Below, piece after piece: positions 59,931-64,000 of a stretch of DNA of 64,000 nt; within the stretch, counting starts at the first letter, position 1, and every line of letters starts with the position of its first letter. Under the pieces are notes generated by a model. The model searched no databases and was not told the DNA's origin. It worked only from the letters and a program-made list of their open reading frames with translations. A program made the translations under genes and the position numbers. Source of the stretch: Candidatus Krumholzibacteriia bacterium (lineage in GTDB: Bacteria > Krumholzibacteriota > Krumholzibacteriia > JAJRXK01); assembly GCA_041484665.1 (NCBI GenBank), contig JBGPIA010000009.1, positions 96,001-160,000 of the forward strand, read 5' to 3'.

Positions 59931-61304
59931 TCACAGCTTGACGAGCATGGCCACGCAGAGACGGTTCTCCTGCTTGACGAGATCGGGCGCCCAGCCTGCG
60001 ACCGTCGAACCGGGCGCGCCCTGGTTCCCGTTCGGCGGTGTGACGCCGCCGGCCCCGGCGAAATACGGCACATTCGCAGCCCGGTGATTGAACTCGAGCC
60101 GGAAGGTGATGAACTGCTGCGGCATGTAGTCAGCCGTCACCTGCATGTCCCACGCCTTGAACGGATCGCCGGGCTTCCCCGTGAAGTACTCCGTTCCCGA
60201 GAGCGCGGTCGCGCCGTTGATCGGCGGCACGAGCACCAGGTAGCGCCCGGGGTTGTTGATCGCACCCCCGCCGAAGGAGAGGCCGAAGCGATTGCGATCG
60301 AACCAGAACCGGTTGTAGGCCATGAAGCCGAGGAAGTACTGTGACGAACGCGTCACGCCGCCGCCCCATTCGCAGCCGGCATCCAGGGTGACGCTGGCCG
60401 CAGCCTGGCTGAGCGCCGCCTCGGGATGGTCGTAGTACTTGATCATGAAGCTGTCATCGGTGTGGAGCCGATGGCGGTCGCCATTGCCGAACGTGTCCGT
60501 TCCATAGTACTGATTCCCGAGCAGAGAGAGTCGGCCGGTCGGGCGCCACAGGATCTGCCCGCCACTGCCGAGCGCCTGATTGAAACGGCCGTACGACTGC
60601 CAGCCGTTCACGAGCCAGGGCTCGATCTTCAGCTTGTCGCTCGGAAAGATCTGCGCGCGCATCCCGTTGAAGAACCACGGTGTATTCGACGACACGTAGG
60701 AGGGTTGATACGTCCAGTTGTCGAAGTTGTAGTAACTCCAGAGACCGATGTACGACATGAAGATGCCGGCCTGGATGTTGATCCCATTCCACTTGTCGAT
60801 GTGATATCCGCCGTAGGCCTCGGACAGGTAGCGATACGCGCCGTCGAGATTCCACTGGCCCCGGCCGGTGCTTGCGTCGTTGCGCGGAGTGGTCTGGGAG
60901 TACATGCCGAACTGGGTCATGATCCGGCCCGTCACGTTCTTGTACGACAGGTCGCCGCCGATTCCGAGCTGCGTGACCTGGAACTCGCCATGCCGGAACA
61001 CCTCGCTCGACCCGGAAATCGTATTGTCCTGGGGCTGGTTGAAGCTGTAGTGGTAGGCGGTATCGAGCCTGAACTCGCCGACGAACGCCCCGCAAGTAAG
61101 CGGCCGCTCGCTCGACCCGGCGTTGCCGGGCACCCACGAGAAATCGGCGAACGCGAACGGCGCGGCCGGCATGGCGTTCGGTGTTGCAGCGGTCGAGCCT
61201 GTCTCGCGGCGAGCTGCGGGCACGGCCGAAGCGTCCTGCGCTCTCGCGCTGGGGGGCGGACAGGACACCGCGACCAAGAGTGCGAGCGCGTGCAGAGTGC
61301 GCAT
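59931..61304 (-). CDS. Outer-membrane beta-barrel protein (putative porin, DUF3138/BBP2-like)
   Basis: Signal peptide MRTLHALALL...ARAQD; rich in aromatic, Gly and Asn residues (GIFMSYIGL, NWTYQPSYVSSNTPWFFNG, WLVNGWQSY, FRLEFNHR); GGAGGT SD. Confidence 0.8.
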   Translation of the reverse strand: MRTLHALALLVAVSCPPPSARAQDASAVPAARRETGSTAATPNAMPAAPFAFADFSWVPGNAGSSERPLTCGAFVGEFRLDTAYHYSFNQPQDNTISGSSEVFRHGEFQVTQLGIGGDLSYKNVTGRIMTQFGMYSQTTPRNDASTGRGQWNLDGAYRYLSEAYGGYHIDKWNGINIQAGIFMSYIGLWSYYNFDNWTYQPSYVSSNTPWFFNGMRAQIFPSDKLKIEPWLVNGWQSYGRFNQALGSGGQILWRPTGRLSLLGNQYYGTDTFGNGDRHRLHTDDSFMIKYYDHPEAALSQAAASVTLDAGCEWGGGVTRSSQYFLGFMAYNRFWFDRNRFGLSFGGGAINNPGRYLVLVPPINGATALSGTEYFTGKPGDPFKAWDMQVTADYMPQQFITFRLEFNHRAANVPYFAGAGGVTPPNGNQGAPGSTVAGWAPDLVKQENRLCVAMLVKL

Positions 61305-61662
61305 CTGGTAACCTCCCAAATCCTAGCCTTCTTGCAGGGTTCGTTTCGTAGGGTGACGAGCGGTCCGCCAGCTCGTCCTGGTGCAGATCGAGGCGCCGTC
61401 GGAGAGTTAGTCCCTTCGCTTCACTGTGCTGTTCCACGACCCGGTGCACCGGCCGGGGGAACGCACGTTCGAGGGATCGCAGCTCGTCGAGCACGAGCTT
61501 GCGCTTGCGGACGCGCTTTCGAGGCTCGGCCGGGACCCTAACTGGCGCATCTCGATCGAACGGGTGAACTGCGTCCGTGTGCTCGGGTGCGGCGATCTGC
61601 GCGATCGCGCCACAAGCCTGCTGGGATCGCGGTCAGCAGTCCGTTCTCGCGTAGCCTTGAGT

Positions 61663-61722
61663 GGCAAGATAAGGCGCAAGGGCTCAGGGCGGCGTCAAGA
61701 TCGCGCGGACCTCCGTCAAGAA
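61663..61722 (-). promoter_or_regulatory. Repeated CTTG(A/C)C motifs upstream of the porin, resembling the kdp operator
   Basis: Plus-strand GTCAAGA at 61694 and 61715 (21-bp spacing), plus GGCAAG and CGCAAG; these read TCTTGAC on the porin strand. Confidence 0.45.
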
Positions 61723-61858
61723 CGCATGTGACGTCCGTCCTGGGTCTCACGCTGTGGGTGAGGCCGATTGCTGACGGAAAGCGCGCGTGCGATTGGCGTC
61801 GGTTGGCGCCCGGCAATGGCGCTGGTTCGAACGCCGCCCGCCCGCCTGCCCCGCGCGC

Positions 61859-63769
61859 TCAGCGCGGTGGGGCCGGCGTCACCGCCAAGGCGAGCCCCCG
61901 GTCGCGCCCGTCGGCCGCCCCAATCAGCGTCCCGTCCGCCATGCGCTCGGCGGCGTGTACGCGCCCGACGAAATCGCGCGTGCGCAGCTCGTAGCCCATC
62001 CGCGCCAGGTCGGCGCGCAGGCCTGGCCACGCGCGCCCTTCCTCCTCGAACACCGCGTCGGGCAGCCACTGGTGATGGATGCGGGGCGCCGAGACCGCCG
62101 CGCCGAGATCCATCCCGTCCTGCACCCGGTAGAGAATCACCTGCACCACCGCGCTGGGGATGCGCGGCCCGCCGGACGCTCCCAGCGCCAGCCACACCTC
62201 CCCGTCGCGCAGGACCAGCGACGGGCTCATGCTGCTCAGCATGCGCGCGCCGGGCGCCGGCGCGTTGCGCCCCGAGCCGACCAGGCCATAGAGATTGGGC
62301 CGGCCGGGCCGCGTGTCGAAGTCGTCCATCTCATCGTTGAGCAGGATCCCGGTGCGCCCCGCGATCCAGCCCGACCCGAAGGTGTCGTTCAGCGTCGTCG
62401 AGAGCGAGACGGCGTTGCCGACGGCGTCGATCACCACCAGGTGCGTGGTATCGGGATGCTCGCGCGGGACGGGCGCTCGCGGTGGGGGACGCGGGATGGC
62501 GCGGTGACCGCGCGCGGCGCGCGGGTCTCCCGCGCCGACTGCTGCCGAGCGTCCGGCCCGCCCCGCCGGCGGGAGCAACCGTGCGCGCTCGCGCAAGTAG
62601 GCGGGGGCGAGCAGCTCTGCGACCTGCACTTGCATGCGGAGCGAGTCGGCCAGGTGCCCGTTGCGGTCGGCGAATGCCAGGCGCAGCGCCTCGATCAGCG
62701 CAGCGGCGCGGGCCGGATCGCCCGGTGGCCCCCCCGCGGCGGGCTGCGCGCGCAGCAGCGCCAACGTCTGCCCCAGCACCACCGCCGCCGAGCTGGGCGG
62801 CGGCATGGTCACCAGCTCCAGGTGTCCGGGCGCGTCTCCCGGGGTCCGCCCCGGCGCGCGGCGCCGCGCCTGCCAAGGCGGCAGCCAAAGCGTCGGGCTC
62901 GGCGGCCGCTCGGGCAACTGCAGCGGCAGGCGCACCGGCTGGATCCGTCGCGGCGCGTAGCGGCGCAAGTCGTCCATCTGCCAGAGGCCGCCGCCCTTGC
63001 GCACCGCTGCCACGAGCTCGCGGGCGATGTCGCCGTGGTAGAAGGGCTCCGGGCCCTCCTCCTGCAGGGTCTGGAGGCAGCGGGCCAGATCGGGCTGCCG
63101 GAGCACGTCGCCCGCGCACGGCGGCGCGCCGCCCGGGAACAGCGCGGGCGCCAGCGCGGGCAACGCGGGTAGCTCCGCGGCACGCGCGGCGAGATCCTCG
63201 GGCAGCGCGCGTCCCACGATGAAGCCGTCGGCGGCCAGCGCGCGGGCCGGCTCGACCAGCCGCCCCCACGGCAACGCGCCGTGCCACTCCCACGCGGCGT
63301 GCAGGCCGGCCGGCGTGCCGGGAATCCCGGCGGCCAGCGGGCCCACGAGCGAGGCGTCGCGCACGCCCGCCGAATCCAGCCGCACGTACAGAAGCGAGTC
63401 GGCCGCCGCCGGCGCGGTTTCGCGGCAGTCGATCGCCCAGGTCTCGCTAGGCTGCGCATCGAAGCCGACGAGGAACCCGCCGCCGCCGAGGTTGCCGGCC
63501 TGCGGATGGGTCACGGCCAGCGCCAGCGCGGTGGCCACCGCCGCGTCGAGGGCGTTGCCGCCGTCGCGCAGGACCTGCACGCCGACGCGGGTGGCGATGG
63601 TGTCGGCGCAGACCACGATTCCGCCGCTGCCGCGCGCAACACGTGCCGTCACGACCGGCGCCACCGCCGCGCTGGGGGCGGTCGTGGACTGCGCCACCGC
63701 GACCGACCACGGTCCCCAGACGGTGAGCGTGCCGGTCAGGAGCGCCACTGCACGAAACGCTGATCCCAC
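61859..63769 (-). CDS. ggt: Gamma-glutamyltransferase
   Basis: GGNALDAAVA, NLGGGGF, IDCRETAP, GIPGT, TTHLVVIDAVGNAVSLSTTLN (nucleophile Thr), LLNDEMDDF, LSSMSP, GASGGPRI, APRIHHQ. Confidence 0.95.
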   Translation of the reverse strand: MGSAFRAVALLTGTLTVWGPWSVAVAQSTTAPSAAVAPVVTARVARGSGGIVVCADTIATRVGVQVLRDGGNALDAAVATALALAVTHPQAGNLGGGGFLVGFDAQPSETWAIDCRETAPAAADSLLYVRLDSAGVRDASLVGPLAAGIPGTPAGLHAAWEWHGALPWGRLVEPARALAADGFIVGRALPEDLAARAAELPALPALAPALFPGGAPPCAGDVLRQPDLARCLQTLQEEGPEPFYHGDIARELVAAVRKGGGLWQMDDLRRYAPRRIQPVRLPLQLPERPPSPTLWLPPWQARRRAPGRTPGDAPGHLELVTMPPPSSAAVVLGQTLALLRAQPAAGGPPGDPARAAALIEALRLAFADRNGHLADSLRMQVQVAELLAPAYLRERARLLPPAGRAGRSAAVGAGDPRAARGHRAIPRPPPRAPVPREHPDTTHLVVIDAVGNAVSLSTTLNDTFGSGWIAGRTGILLNDEMDDFDTRPGRPNLYGLVGSGRNAPAPGARMLSSMSPSLVLRDGEVWLALGASGGPRIPSAVVQVILYRVQDGMDLGAAVSAPRIHHQWLPDAVFEEEGRAWPGLRADLARMGYELRTRDFVGRVHAAERMADGTLIGAADGRDRGLALAVTPAPPR

Positions 63770-63776
63770 GACTGCG

Positions 63777-63806
63777 TTGCCGAACCTTTCCGAACGCCCC
63801 TATACT
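63777..63806 (+). promoter_or_regulatory. Putative sigma70 promoter for a leaderless mlaE transcript
   Basis: TTGCCG-N18-TATACT, then 6 nt to ATG 63813. Confidence 0.55.
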
Positions 63807-63812
63807 GCGGCC

Positions 63813-64000
63813 ATGTACGTTGTCGCCCGCATCGGCAGTGAGGTGATCCGGCTGGTGACGGACGCGGGACGCGGCGGGCTGCTCTTCGCCCGCATCCTCG
63901 GGTCCCTCTCGGCGATCCGCCGCAGCGTCCGCCTCATCATCCAGCAGATGTTCGTGATCGGCAACGGGTCGGTGCCGCTCGTGCTGGTGACCTCGATCTT
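63813..64000 (+). CDS. mlaE: MlaE-family ABC transporter permease (partial, runs off the window)
   Basis: MYVVARIGSEV...RLIIQQMFVIGNGSVPLVLVTSI matches the Q-M-x-x-I-G-x-x-S-x-P motif of the MlaE/Ttg2B N-terminus. Confidence 0.8.
   Translation, partial: MYVVARIGSEVIRLVTDAGRGGLLFARILGSLSAIRRSVRLIIQQMFVIGNGSVPLVLVTSI

Noticed and set aside
61426..61731. 101-aa plus-strand ORF between the porin and ggt
   Set aside because: No SD, no recognisable domain, and it overlaps the porin's probable regulatory region. A remnant cannot be excluded.

Overview
A 64-kb, very GC-rich, gene-dense bacterial chromosome segment, almost all on the + strand. The gene set (DUF4159/DUF4175/'AsnB-like' cluster, outer-membrane barrel, MlaE, lipoprotein) suggests a diderm organism, possibly an FCB-associated candidate lineage; this taxonomy is inference only. 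Housekeeping genes: nnr, tsaD, priA, rho-rpmE-DUF1385-prfA-prmC, murA-selB, an NFACT/RqcH-like gene, yicC-gmk, rpoZ-coaBC-udg-dnaB, ggt and a partial mlaE. Accessory or regulatory modules: (i) a giant orphan NtrY-type kinase followed by a coupled DUF4159-DUF4175-TPR-GATase-like envelope cluster; (ii) a five-gene signalling operon, REC-GGDEF / membrane HK-GAF-HD-GYP / REC / membrane HK-GAF-degenerate HD-GYP / REC, which is the best candidate for an undescribed system; (iii) an archaeal/eukaryote-type DRG GTPase between prmC and murA; (iv) an ECF sigma factor plus Ser/Thr kinase pair between gmk and rpoZ; (v) an extended kdp locus with an extra upstream peptide, a kinase-less KdpD-like protein and a porin whose upstream region shares a repeated motif with the kdp promoter. 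Smaller oddities: an Asn-to-Lys change just after the RF1 GGQ motif, two probable leaderless starts, a hairpin-bridged Shine-Dalgarno site and a DnaA-box-like array before dnaB. I saw no rRNA, tRNA, CRISPR array or transposase. All family assignments come from recognising motifs by eye, not from database searches.
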